Notes under the pieces: generated by a model | Databases searched by the model: none | What the model saw: the letters and a program-made list of their open reading frames with translations, nothing else | Told to the model about the DNA's origin: nothing | Part shown: in pieces, positions 9,476 through 17,465 of the stretch | Position numbering within the stretch: the first letter of the stretch is position 1 | How the letters are laid out: each line of letters starts with the position of its first letter | Program-made: the position numbers and the translations under genes | Source of the DNA: Candidatus Eiseniibacteriota bacterium | Lineage (GTDB): Bacteria > Orphanbacterota > Orphanbacteria > Orphanbacterales > Orphanbacteraceae | Reading direction: 5' to 3' | Length of the DNA: 22,359 nucleotides | NCBI GenBank assembly: GCA_043809585.1 | Contig: JBDROZ010000070.1 | Span: 141,122-163,480, forward strand

Positions 9476-11410
9476 ATGAAGCCCGGAATGTGCTTCGTTC
9501 TACCGGCGGTCCTGGCGGTCGGTTCGATTCCGGCGCCCGGTTTCGGGCAGGCGCCCCCGTTCATCCACGTTCAGGGGGTGTTGACCGACAATGACGGGAT
9601 TCCGGTCACCGATACCGTCTCCTTGGCTTTCGAAGTCTTCGCCGACACGGCCGCGGCCTCCCTCTGGTCCGTGACCCTCCCGGCGGTGATCGTGGTGAAC
9701 GGGTTCTACGAGGCCTATCTGGACATGGGGGCCCTTCCCTTCGACGCCCCCTACTTTCTCGGTATCGCCGTGAACGGGGCCGCCCTCGGGCCGAAGAAAC
9801 CCCTGGCGAGTGTTCCCTACAGCATGCGGAGTGCCCGGACGGAGGTGACCGCCGGTCCCGGTCTGACCGGAAGCAGCGACACCATGACGGTCACGCTCTC
9901 GATTGCGGCGAAGGGCGTGACGACGGCGATGCTGCAGGATGCCGCCGTGACTCCGGACAAGATCGCCGCCGCCGCCGTCATGACGGGCCATCTTGCGGAC
10001 AGCTCGTTGACCTCGGCCAAGATCGCCGCCGGCGCGGCGGTGCGGAGCCTGAACGGGCGGACCGGTCACGTCTCACTCCTCGAGGGGAGCAACGTGACGA
10101 TCACCGACGGGGTGGGCGGCCTGACGATTTCCGCCGCGGGGGGGGGCGGTGGAGACGGGGACTGGACGGTGAGCGGCGACGACATGTACTCCGCCGTGGC
10201 GGGCAATGTCGGAATCGGTACGGCGACGCCGGTCGCAAGGCTGGATGTGGAGGGCCCCATCGCCCTGAGCGGCTACATCCAAGGAAGGGACTACTTCGGG
10301 ACCGGGATTCTGGACAGCGCGGGCGCGGTGGGTGTCTGGGTCGAGAACGGGCGCGTCGGAATCGGAACGGACCAGCCCTCCAACGATTTCTCCGTCCTGG
10401 GCTCGGCGGGGATCTCGGGGAACCTCACCGTCGGGGACGGTTCCTCGTCCGATTCCGACTACGTCTACTTCGACGATTTCAACACGGATTGGCTGATGTG
10501 GGCGGAAGGGAGCGATCGATTCGAGTTCTCGGGGCCCCTCAGCATAGGCGGGGCGCTCGGGGTCGGCGATGGGGCTTTTTTCCGGGCGCCCACGGCCTAC
10601 AGCACCTTTCAGTTGGGAGTGGAAACGCCGGTGCCGACCTCGGGGGAGATGGACAACTCGGGCGATGTGTACATCCAGGACGACCTGGAGGTGGACGGTG
10701 ACGCTTTCGTGGACGGCCAGATCATCACTGCGAACAACCTGGTGGTGAACGCCGACATCCTCTGCGACTCGCTATTCGCGTGGGACCACATGTACTGCGG
10801 GTACGGCAACTCCACGGACGACGACTACATCTACTTCGACGGGACGGCCCGGAACGACTGGCTCAAGTGGAAAGAGGTCGCGAACCGGTTCGAGCTTTCG
10901 AACGATCTCTCCATCGGTGGCGTGATCGCGGCGGGGCACGGGACGATTCCGAACGCGCCCATCTATCCGTACAGCTACATCACCCTGAGCGGGCAGCCGT
11001 TCCCGCTCTCCGGAGACATCAGCACGGCGGGCGACCTGTTCATCGACTACGACATCGAAGCGGGTTCCGACCTGTATTACGCGGGATCCCTCGTCGACGT
11101 CGGGGGCATGGCGCCGGGTAAGGGCGGAAGCCCGCCCGCGGAGGTCGATGCGGAGGCCGCGCTCCGGGCCTTCGCGGGTCTCCGACCCCGGGTCATTCCG
11201 ATCGCGAAGGAAGAGGCGGGGAAGGCGGGCCGGGTCGTTTCGAAGATCGGGTTTCTTCCGTCCGAGGTTCCGGAGATCGTGAGAACGGCCGAGGGGAACG
11301 GCTATCGGCCCCTCGATCTCGTGGCGATATTGACGAAGGTCGTGCAGGAGCAGCAGAAGACGATCGATGCGCTCGAGGCGCGGGTGCGCGTCCTCGAGGA
11401 GGGAAGATAG
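9476..11410 (+). CDS. Secreted trimeric tail-fibre-like protein 2, paralog of the upstream gene (644 aa)
   Basis: ATG 9476 after GAGGAG (9465-9470); signal peptide. Shares FxHVQGVLTD, LGPKKPLASVPYS, VRSLNG, GNVGIGT and GNGYRPxDxVAILTKVVQEQQKTIDA with fibre 1. Confidence 0.8.
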   Translation: MKPGMCFVLPAVLAVGSIPAPGFGQAPPFIHVQGVLTDNDGIPVTDTVSLAFEVFADTAAASLWSVTLPAVIVVNGFYEAYLDMGALPFDAPYFLGIAVNGAALGPKKPLASVPYSMRSARTEVTAGPGLTGSSDTMTVTLSIAAKGVTTAMLQDAAVTPDKIAAAAVMTGHLADSSLTSAKIAAGAAVRSLNGRTGHVSLLEGSNVTITDGVGGLTISAAGGGGGDGDWTVSGDDMYSAVAGNVGIGTATPVARLDVEGPIALSGYIQGRDYFGTGILDSAGAVGVWVENGRVGIGTDQPSNDFSVLGSAGISGNLTVGDGSSSDSDYVYFDDFNTDWLMWAEGSDRFEFSGPLSIGGALGVGDGAFFRAPTAYSTFQLGVETPVPTSGEMDNSGDVYIQDDLEVDGDAFVDGQIITANNLVVNADILCDSLFAWDHMYCGYGNSTDDDYIYFDGTARNDWLKWKEVANRFELSNDLSIGGVIAAGHGTIPNAPIYPYSYITLSGQPFPLSGDISTAGDLFIDYDIEAGSDLYYAGSLVDVGGMAPGKGGSPPAEVDAEAALRAFAGLRPRVIPIAKEEAGKAGRVVSKIGFLPSEVPEIVRTAEGNGYRPLDLVAILTKVVQEQQKTIDALEARVRVLEEGR

Positions 11411-11452
11411 AACGCCGGGAACGGCGGGTTCGTAGGGGAAGGGCGTGACGAC

Positions 11453-12232
11453 ATGTTGATGACGAAGCGATTGGTTCTTCTCGTGAAGATGGTGTCCGCC
11501 GCCGGTCTGGCGATCGTCTTCCTGTCGGGGAGTTCGGCCCATGGTCAGGAGCCGGCGGCGTCGACTGCGCTGAACCAGGCGATCGATCTTTACTGGGAAG
11601 GGATGTTCGAGAAGGCGGTGACGGAGCTCGAGGGAATGATCGAGGGGCTCGAAGGGGAGAATCGGGTCACGGCCTACGAGTATCTGGCCCGTTCCTACAT
11701 TCGTCTGGATGACGGGGCGAAGGGGAAGGCGGCCTACAAGGAGCTGCTCCGGATGGCGCCGGAGTGGAAGCCGGACCCGAACCTGGTCGCCGGTCCGGAG
11801 ATGAGTTTTTTCAAGACGGCCCTCACGGAGTACGAGAACGAGAACCTGGGCGGCGTCAGCGTACGGACGGAACCGACGCGGGCGAACGTCTACCTGGACG
11901 GAGAGCTCTGGAAGGAACCGACGCCGGTCACGCTCGAAAGGGTGCCGGCGGGTGAGCACGTGATCCGAGTGGCGATGGACGGGTGGGCGGCGGTCGACAC
12001 GTCGATCGTCGTCGCGCCGGCGGACATCGCCACTCTGGATCTCGTCCTGGAGGCGGAGGAGATCGAGCCGGAGATTTCGAAGTCGTTCTGGAAGAGTCCG
12101 TGGATGCTGGGCGCAGGAGGCGCCCTCGGTCTTGGGCTGATCATCGCCATCGCGGGCGGTGGGGGCGACGGCGGTGGAGACGACCCGGGCGTCGGAAGCG
12201 ACCTCCCCTGGTTCCCGGATCCGCCGAAGTAG
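11453..12232 (+). CDS. TPR + PEGA domain exported protein with C-terminal hydrophobic helix, Gly tract and Pro-rich tail
   Basis: Signal peptide; TPR-like helices (AIDLYWEGMFEKAVTELE, AYEYLARSY, AYKELLRMAP). PEGA motif VSVRTEPTRANVYLDG...TPVTLERVPAGEHVIRVAMDGW. Tail FWKSPWMLGAGGALGLGLIIAIAGGGG...LPWFPDPPK. Confidence 0.8.
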   Translation: MLMTKRLVLLVKMVSAAGLAIVFLSGSSAHGQEPAASTALNQAIDLYWEGMFEKAVTELEGMIEGLEGENRVTAYEYLARSYIRLDDGAKGKAAYKELLRMAPEWKPDPNLVAGPEMSFFKTALTEYENENLGGVSVRTEPTRANVYLDGELWKEPTPVTLERVPAGEHVIRVAMDGWAAVDTSIVVAPADIATLDLVLEAEEIEPEISKSFWKSPWMLGAGGALGLGLIIAIAGGGGDGGGDDPGVGSDLPWFPDPPK

Positions 12233-12259
12233 GAGTTTGTTCGAGGATAGTGAAGCGGA

Positions 12260-12298
12260 CGGCCCTTCTCTCGGATGGGAGGAGGGCCGATCTGTATT
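12260..12298 (+). terminator. Possible intrinsic terminator hairpin after the surface operon
   Basis: CGGCCCTTCTCTC (12260-12272) pairs with GGGAGGAGGGCCG (12277-12289), including two G-U pairs. The U tail is weak (ATCTGTATT). Confidence 0.45.
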
Positions 12299-12367
12299 CG
12301 GGTTGTCGGACGGGCGGGTCGGGGACCGGCATCAGCGGTAACCAGGGACAGTCACCGGTCTTCTGGA

Positions 12368-12551
12368 AACAGGGGGGGACACAATACCGAATTCCGTAAC
12401 AGGGGGACACAATACCGAATTCCAGTTCAGTATCGTGTCCCCCGACAAACCAGTTCAGTATCGTGTCCCCCGACAAACCAGTTCAGTATTGTGTCCCCCG
12501 GAATTCCGAGTTCAGTATTGTGTCCCCCGACAAATCGTGTCCCCCGACAAA
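12368..12551. repeat. REP-like array of direct and inverted GGGGACAC/GTGTCCCC repeats
   Basis: Two copies of AACAGGGGG(GG)ACACAATACCGAATTCC (12368-12395, 12398-12423). Then four 28-29 bp units, typified by CCAGTTCAGTATYGTGTCCCCCGACAAA, starting at 12422, 12450, 12478 and 12506, plus a partial unit at 12535-12551. The two classes are near reverse complements. Confidence 0.9.
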
Positions 12552-13898
12552 TCAGCGGAACAAGGACTTCACGGAGCCCCAGCTCGTCTCCTCGGTTCCC
12601 CGGCCGGCCGCGGTCTTCCCGAAATTGATCGGTTCTTGGTCGACCTGCTTGTACACGACCCAGAGACTCTCGTCGGCGGGGTCGGGGCGGACCGTGAAGA
12701 TCTGGTCCGAAGCGACGACAAAGTTCATGATGCCGGCGGGATCGTTCGGGTCTTCCACGACCACCAGGAGGTCGATCAGCGCCATGACCTTGTACCAGGT
12801 CTCCCCCGGCGGCTTGTCCGGGTAGTTCGTGTTGTCCACCGCGATCGACCGCTCGGTCATCTCGAGCGCGATCCGGTCGACCCTCTGGCCGTCGTCGTTG
12901 TACCGGGCGTTGAACATGTTCCCCGCAATGCCGAGCTCTTCTTCGAGGTCCCACCACGGATTCGGATCACCGGGGTCGACATCGGACGGCAAGAGTTCGA
13001 AGAGATATCCTTCGTCGAGAGCCGCCGCATAGGAGGCGCTGTCCATTCGGGAGTATGCCTGGGGCAGGTACTCCGTGACGAGGAGCGTCATGGTCGCTCG
13101 GCCGAGGTCCGAGAGGCCGTGGGTGACACCGGTCGTCACATTGGAAAGCCCCGACCGGTTCCCCTTCTCGTCGGCCGTCTGGAGGGCGAAGTAGTATCTC
13201 GTGCCGGATCCGAGTCCGCCGACGGTGATGCCGTCCGTTCCTCCGGGGGCGCTCGGAGGCGGCGCATCCGAGACCGGTGTCACGATCGCGGCGCTGTCCC
13301 AATTCGCGGTCGTGATGGAATCGGTTCCGTACCGGATCTCGTACTCGGCGGCCGTCCCTTGCGTGCCGTCGTCTCCCGGGGCCGTCCATGCGAGGGTCAC
13401 GGACGATTCGGTCACGGCATCGACCTCCAGGTTCTCGACCGCGGCGGGCGGGACCGTGTCCTGAACGCCCACGGCCACGACGTTGGAGAGGCCCGACCAG
13501 TTCGGGACGTCGTCGGCCGTCTTGAGCGCGAAATAGTAGACCGTGTCCGCGGCGAGAGGGCCGACGAAGAGGCTTTCCGGCTCCCATGGCGCCAAAGGCC
13601 CCGCCACGCTGTCGACCGCCGTCGCTCCATCCCACCAATCGGTCGCCGTGCTCGGGACGAGGGAATACCGGACATCGTACCGCGATGCCGCGCCTTCCTG
13701 GCAGTCGTCCCCGGGCGCCGTCCACGCGAGCGTGACCGACGTGTCGTTCATGGCGATCACGGAGAGGTCGGTGACGGCCATGGGAGGCATCGTATCTCCC
13801 GGTCCATCGTCGTTATCGCTGCAGGAGAAGCCGAACAGGATGGGGAGCAAGAGCGGCAGCAGGCGCAGGCGTCTGAGATCGCGGCATGTCAAGGTCAT
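12552..13898 (-). CDS. Lipoprotein with two fibronectin type III domains, a possible NTF2-like domain and a C-terminal SWGxxKxxFR motif
   Basis: Lipobox-type signal ...LLPLLLPILFGFS-C. Two repeats DTxPPxAVxxL...SVTLAWTAPGDDxxxGxAxxYxxRY...YYFALxTADxxxNxSGLSNV. Ends TEETSWGSVKSLFR. GGAG RBS upstream. Confidence 0.85.
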   Translation of the reverse strand: MTLTCRDLRRLRLLPLLLPILFGFSCSDNDDGPGDTMPPMAVTDLSVIAMNDTSVTLAWTAPGDDCQEGAASRYDVRYSLVPSTATDWWDGATAVDSVAGPLAPWEPESLFVGPLAADTVYYFALKTADDVPNWSGLSNVVAVGVQDTVPPAAVENLEVDAVTESSVTLAWTAPGDDGTQGTAAEYEIRYGTDSITTANWDSAAIVTPVSDAPPPSAPGGTDGITVGGLGSGTRYYFALQTADEKGNRSGLSNVTTGVTHGLSDLGRATMTLLVTEYLPQAYSRMDSASYAAALDEGYLFELLPSDVDPGDPNPWWDLEEELGIAGNMFNARYNDDGQRVDRIALEMTERSIAVDNTNYPDKPPGETWYKVMALIDLLVVVEDPNDPAGIMNFVVASDQIFTVRPDPADESLWVVYKQVDQEPINFGKTAAGRGTEETSWGSVKSLFR

Positions 13899-14088
13899 TT
13901 CATTCTCCTTGATGAACGATGACGGAGCCGTGCAAGAGAAATTTTACGGTATGGTTACGGTAGCACGGGAATGAAAGATGGGTAAAGGAGAAAGTGGGCG
14001 GATCGGATCGCCGTCCACCCCCGGTTCTCTTTAGAGAGCCTGTCGCCTCACGCGCTTATCCCACAGTTGAACTCTTCGGTCGGACTAG

Positions 14089-14275
14089 CCCTGATCTTTC
14101 ATGAAATCTCGAGATCCAACGCGTGAGAGTGCGTCAGCCGGGGCCGCACGTAGCCCGAACCATGGGGAGCGTGTTTCACAATACGTGAGCCATGGTGAGG
14201 GCGAGTACGGTACCGGATGGCGTGCCGGCACGCGAGGAACAGCGTTCTCCGCCGAGATTTTATGAAAGATCAAGG
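14089..14275. mobile_element. 187-bp non-coding MITE/REP-like element with 23-bp terminal inverted repeats and nested internal pairing
   Basis: CCCTGATCTTTCATGAAATCTCG (14089-14111) versus CGAGATTTTATGAAAGATCAAGG (14253-14275), 21/23 complementary. CTAG is immediately left and TCAG immediately right. Several nested internal stems. Confidence 0.75.
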
Positions 14276-16270
14276 TCAGTCCGCGCTCAGCGTGAACGCC
14301 AGCTCCACGGTGTTTCCGTCGCGGATGGCGGCTTCGACGATGCCTTCGGCGACGGCGAAGCCGTCTTTCTTGACGGTGATGCGGTGCCAGCCGGGAGTGA
14401 TGGGGAGCTTTCGCTGGGGAGTCCACTTCTCGGTGGGAACGCCGTCGATGTAGATCTCGGCGGGGATGCGGTTCGTTGTGACCGTGATCCACGAGCCCTT
14501 GGCCTGCTCCGTGAAGTCGTGCTGGAGCTTCATCGTCTCATCGGTGGCGACGGCGACGCCGGTCCACTCTTTCGTCCCGTAGAATGGATTGTCGAGGACC
14601 ACTAAGTACTCTCCGGGCGGGTAAGTGAGGGAAACAACCGAGACGTCTTCCGCCACGGTCCGTCCGTTGACGACGATAGTCGCCGAGGGAATGGCCCGCA
14701 CTTCGAGCGTACCGTTGACGATGGCCGGCTCGGGTGCGGTGGTTTCCCGCCGCGGCTCGAGTTTCGGCGCCGGGACCTCCGCCGGGCGCTCGTTCTCGAT
14801 CACCGGCGGCTCGGCCGCGGGCCCGTTCTTCTTCGTCGCGGGTTCTTCCTTCACGCCGGTTTCGACGGGGGGACCTTCGGCCATTGTCGTCCCGAGGAGG
14901 GTCTCCGTCTCCGCCTTCCGTTCGTCCGGGGAAGGATTGTCGGGGACCGCAGGCGAACGCTCTTCTCCCGTCCCGGCGGGTTCCGGTGTCTCCGTCTCGC
15001 TCCATGCCGAGCTGTTCGCGGCGGCGGCCGCCGCCGGCCTCGGCGCCGTCCCCGCGACCCGCGCTTCCGGCGGGGGCGTTCCCTGCCAGAGGCCGAGAAG
15101 GAACCAGGAGACGGCGAAGAGCACGACCGCCGCGGAAGCGGAGACGAGGGCGATGCTTCGCCACCGCACGGCGGTCTTCTTCGCTTCCGCCGCGCGGTGC
15201 TCCTTCGACAGGCCGCCCGGTTTTTGCGCCTTCAGCTCCTCGAGATTACGGGTGACCTCCGTGTTCTCCGGATCGAGGTAGCGGGCCCGTTCGAACTCTC
15301 GGATCGCGTCGTCGATCCGTCCGAGGCCCATCGCCTTGAACTGGAACGCCCGATTCAGGTGGTCCTTCAGCTGTTTGCCGTGCAGGCTTTCGGTCACCTT
15401 TTCGGGGTCCGTCAGGTATTCGGCGATCAGATCCCTGCCGCGGGTGATCTTCATGTCGTCGATGATGAGCTCTAGGTCCCGGCGCACCTGGTGGGCGCTC
15501 TGGTAACGCTTCTCCGGGTCCTTGTGGAGCATTTTGGAGACGATGTGCTGCAGCTCCACCGTGACCAGGGGGTTCAGGTTCTCGAGGGGGAGCGGGTCGA
15601 CGGTGATGATCGCGTTGATGACGCTCGCCGAGCTGTTCCCCGGGAAGGGGCGCCGCCCGCCGAAGAGCTCGTAGGCGACGACGCCGAGGGAGAAGATGTC
15701 CGACCGCTCGTCCACGTGCTGGCCCGTCGCGTGCTCGGGCGACATGTAGGGGACCGTGCCGATCATGGCGTCGTGCACGGTAAGCACCGTCGACTCCTGG
15801 GTCTGTTTCGCGAGTCCGAAGTCGGCGATCTTCGGGACGCCCGTCGGCGCGAGCATGATGTTCGCCGGCTTGATGTCCCGGTGGATGATGTGGTGCTCGT
15901 GGGCGTGATGGAGACCGGCACACAGGTCGTAGAGGATCAGTGTCGCCACTTCGACCGGCGGCGATCCGTTCTTCTCGATCCACTTCTTGAGGTCCCAGCC
16001 GCCGACATACTCCATGGCGATGTACCACATCTCTTCGGCCTGGCCGTAATCGATGATCTGCACGATGTTCTCATGGCTCATCGTCGCGGCCGCCTTCGCC
16101 TCCCGCTCGAACCGGGCGACGAAGGTCTTGTCCTCCTGAAGATGCTCGTGCATGGTCTTCAGAACCACGGTCCGGTTCAGCGATTTCTGTCTCGCCGTGT
16201 AGACCGTGGCCATGCCGCCCACGCCGATCTTCTTGATGATCTCGTAACCACCGAAGTCCTGATACATCAT
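14276..16270 (-). CDS. Hanks-type membrane Ser/Thr protein kinase with TPR-like segment, TM helix, Pro/Glu-rich linker and two PEGA-like domains
   Basis: Kinase motifs GVGGMATV, VVLK, RFERE, HRDIKPAN, DFGLA and YMSPE. TPR-like IDDAIREFERARYLDPEN. TM IALVSASAAVVLFAVSWFLLGLW. PEGA motif AEIYIDG...TP...PGWHRITVKKDGF. Confidence 0.93.
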   Translation of the reverse strand: MMYQDFGGYEIIKKIGVGGMATVYTARQKSLNRTVVLKTMHEHLQEDKTFVARFEREAKAAATMSHENIVQIIDYGQAEEMWYIAMEYVGGWDLKKWIEKNGSPPVEVATLILYDLCAGLHHAHEHHIIHRDIKPANIMLAPTGVPKIADFGLAKQTQESTVLTVHDAMIGTVPYMSPEHATGQHVDERSDIFSLGVVAYELFGGRRPFPGNSSASVINAIITVDPLPLENLNPLVTVELQHIVSKMLHKDPEKRYQSAHQVRRDLELIIDDMKITRGRDLIAEYLTDPEKVTESLHGKQLKDHLNRAFQFKAMGLGRIDDAIREFERARYLDPENTEVTRNLEELKAQKPGGLSKEHRAAEAKKTAVRWRSIALVSASAAVVLFAVSWFLLGLWQGTPPPEARVAGTAPRPAAAAAANSSAWSETETPEPAGTGEERSPAVPDNPSPDERKAETETLLGTTMAEGPPVETGVKEEPATKKNGPAAEPPVIENERPAEVPAPKLEPRRETTAPEPAIVNGTLEVRAIPSATIVVNGRTVAEDVSVVSLTYPPGEYLVVLDNPFYGTKEWTGVAVATDETMKLQHDFTEQAKGSWITVTTNRIPAEIYIDGVPTEKWTPQRKLPITPGWHRITVKKDGFAVAEGIVEAAIRDGNTVELAFTLSAD

Positions 16271-16567
16271 GGTTCTTGGCGCCCTTAATCAGGGACAATC
16301 CCCTGTTTCCGCCGGTTCCCCCGCTTCCATCGAAAGTGAGCAAGACTGGCGGCCGTCCCTGCTTCCCGATCGGGGTGAACTTCTCCCGTCACACGGAGTT
16401 TCGGCCGGAGGGGTCGATCGCTGTACCGGGAGGGGCCCCACCGGACGGCCCCATCGGGACATCCACCTGCTTGCGCCATTCGAGGCGCCCCCCCCAAGTA
16501 GGCACTGTCCCTTTTGACTGTGGAACAATGTCGGGCGGATAACCGCAACCCGTTGTTGTGGTGTGTG

Positions 16568-17464
16568 TTAGGTCGCCTTGCGGAAGGCGTCCACCGCCGC
16601 CCGGATCGCCGCCGTGTGAGCCGGGGTCGTGCCGCAGCATCCGCCGAGAATGGATACCCCGGCGCCGAGGAAATCGAGGGTCCGGGCGCCGAAGAGGTCG
16701 GGCGTCTCCATATACAGGGCGGCACCCTCCCGGATCTCCGGAAGTCCGGCGTTCGACTGGATGATGAGGGGCAGGTCGGTGAGATCCCGGAACTCCCGGG
16801 CGATCTCCACCATTTTCGCCGTTCCATTGCCGCAGTTCGACCCGACGATCTCCGCCCCTCCATCCTCGAGCTGTCGGATCGCCTGCTCGATCGACGTGCC
16901 CATGATGGTGTAGAACCCGCGGGGGGTCTCGTCGAAGGTCATGGTGGCCGCCACCGGAACGGAGTCGTCCTCCTCCGCGGCGGCCTTCACCGCCATCGCC
17001 GCCTCCAGCGGGTCGGTCATGGTCTCCACGACGACGAGGTCGACCCCCTCCCTCATGGCGGCGGCGATCACGCGGCGGAATCCGGCGGCGATCTCCTCCG
17101 GCGCGGCATCGCCGTAAGGTCTCAAGATCCTGGTGCTCGGCCCGACGGAGAGAAACACCGCCGCCCGGTCCCCCGCCGCACGGCGGGCGACGCGGATCGC
17201 GCTCCCCACGATTTCCTCGCACCGGTTCTCGAGGCCGTACCTCGCGAGATTCGCGGGGTGGGCGCCGAATGTGTTCGTCTGAACGAGGTCCGCCCCCGCC
17301 AGGACGAATTCACGGGTGATCCGCTCCACGATCTCCGCCCGCTCGAGGTGGATCGCCTCGAGGGGCGTTCCGGCGCCGAGGTCCTCCTTCATGAGGGCCG
17401 TCCCCATGGCGCCGTCGGCGACGAGAACTTCACCGGCCGCCAGCCGTTCCCGGATCGACTTCAT
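16568..17464 (-). CDS. Stand-alone homocysteine S-methyltransferase (MetH N-terminal/BHMT-like) domain protein (298 aa)
   Basis: DGAMGT, AGADLVQTNTFGA, GVDLVVVETM, and Zn-ligand motifs GSNC and GGCCG, plus SNAGLP. ATG 17464 directly follows the upstream stop (17466-17468). Confidence 0.92.
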   Translation of the reverse strand: MKSIRERLAAGEVLVADGAMGTALMKEDLGAGTPLEAIHLERAEIVERITREFVLAGADLVQTNTFGAHPANLARYGLENRCEEIVGSAIRVARRAAGDRAAVFLSVGPSTRILRPYGDAAPEEIAAGFRRVIAAAMREGVDLVVVETMTDPLEAAMAVKAAAEEDDSVPVAATMTFDETPRGFYTIMGTSIEQAIRQLEDGGAEIVGSNCGNGTAKMVEIAREFRDLTDLPLIIQSNAGLPEIREGAALYMETPDLFGARTLDFLGAGVSILGGCCGTTPAHTAAIRAAVDAFRKAT

Positions 17465-17465
17465 C

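Noticed and set aside
7081-11410. Prophage, tailocin or diversity-generating retroelement interpretation
   Set aside because: Signal peptides are present. No capsid, sheath, baseplate, integrase or reverse transcriptase gene is present, and no adenine-specific TR/VR pair was noticed.
12368-12551. CRISPR array
   Set aside because: Units are contiguous without unique spacers, occur in both orientations, and no cas genes are present.
12435-13922. 495-aa plus-strand ORF and small ORFs over the repeat array
   Set aside because: Antisense to the FN3 lipoprotein or simple translations of the DNA repeats.
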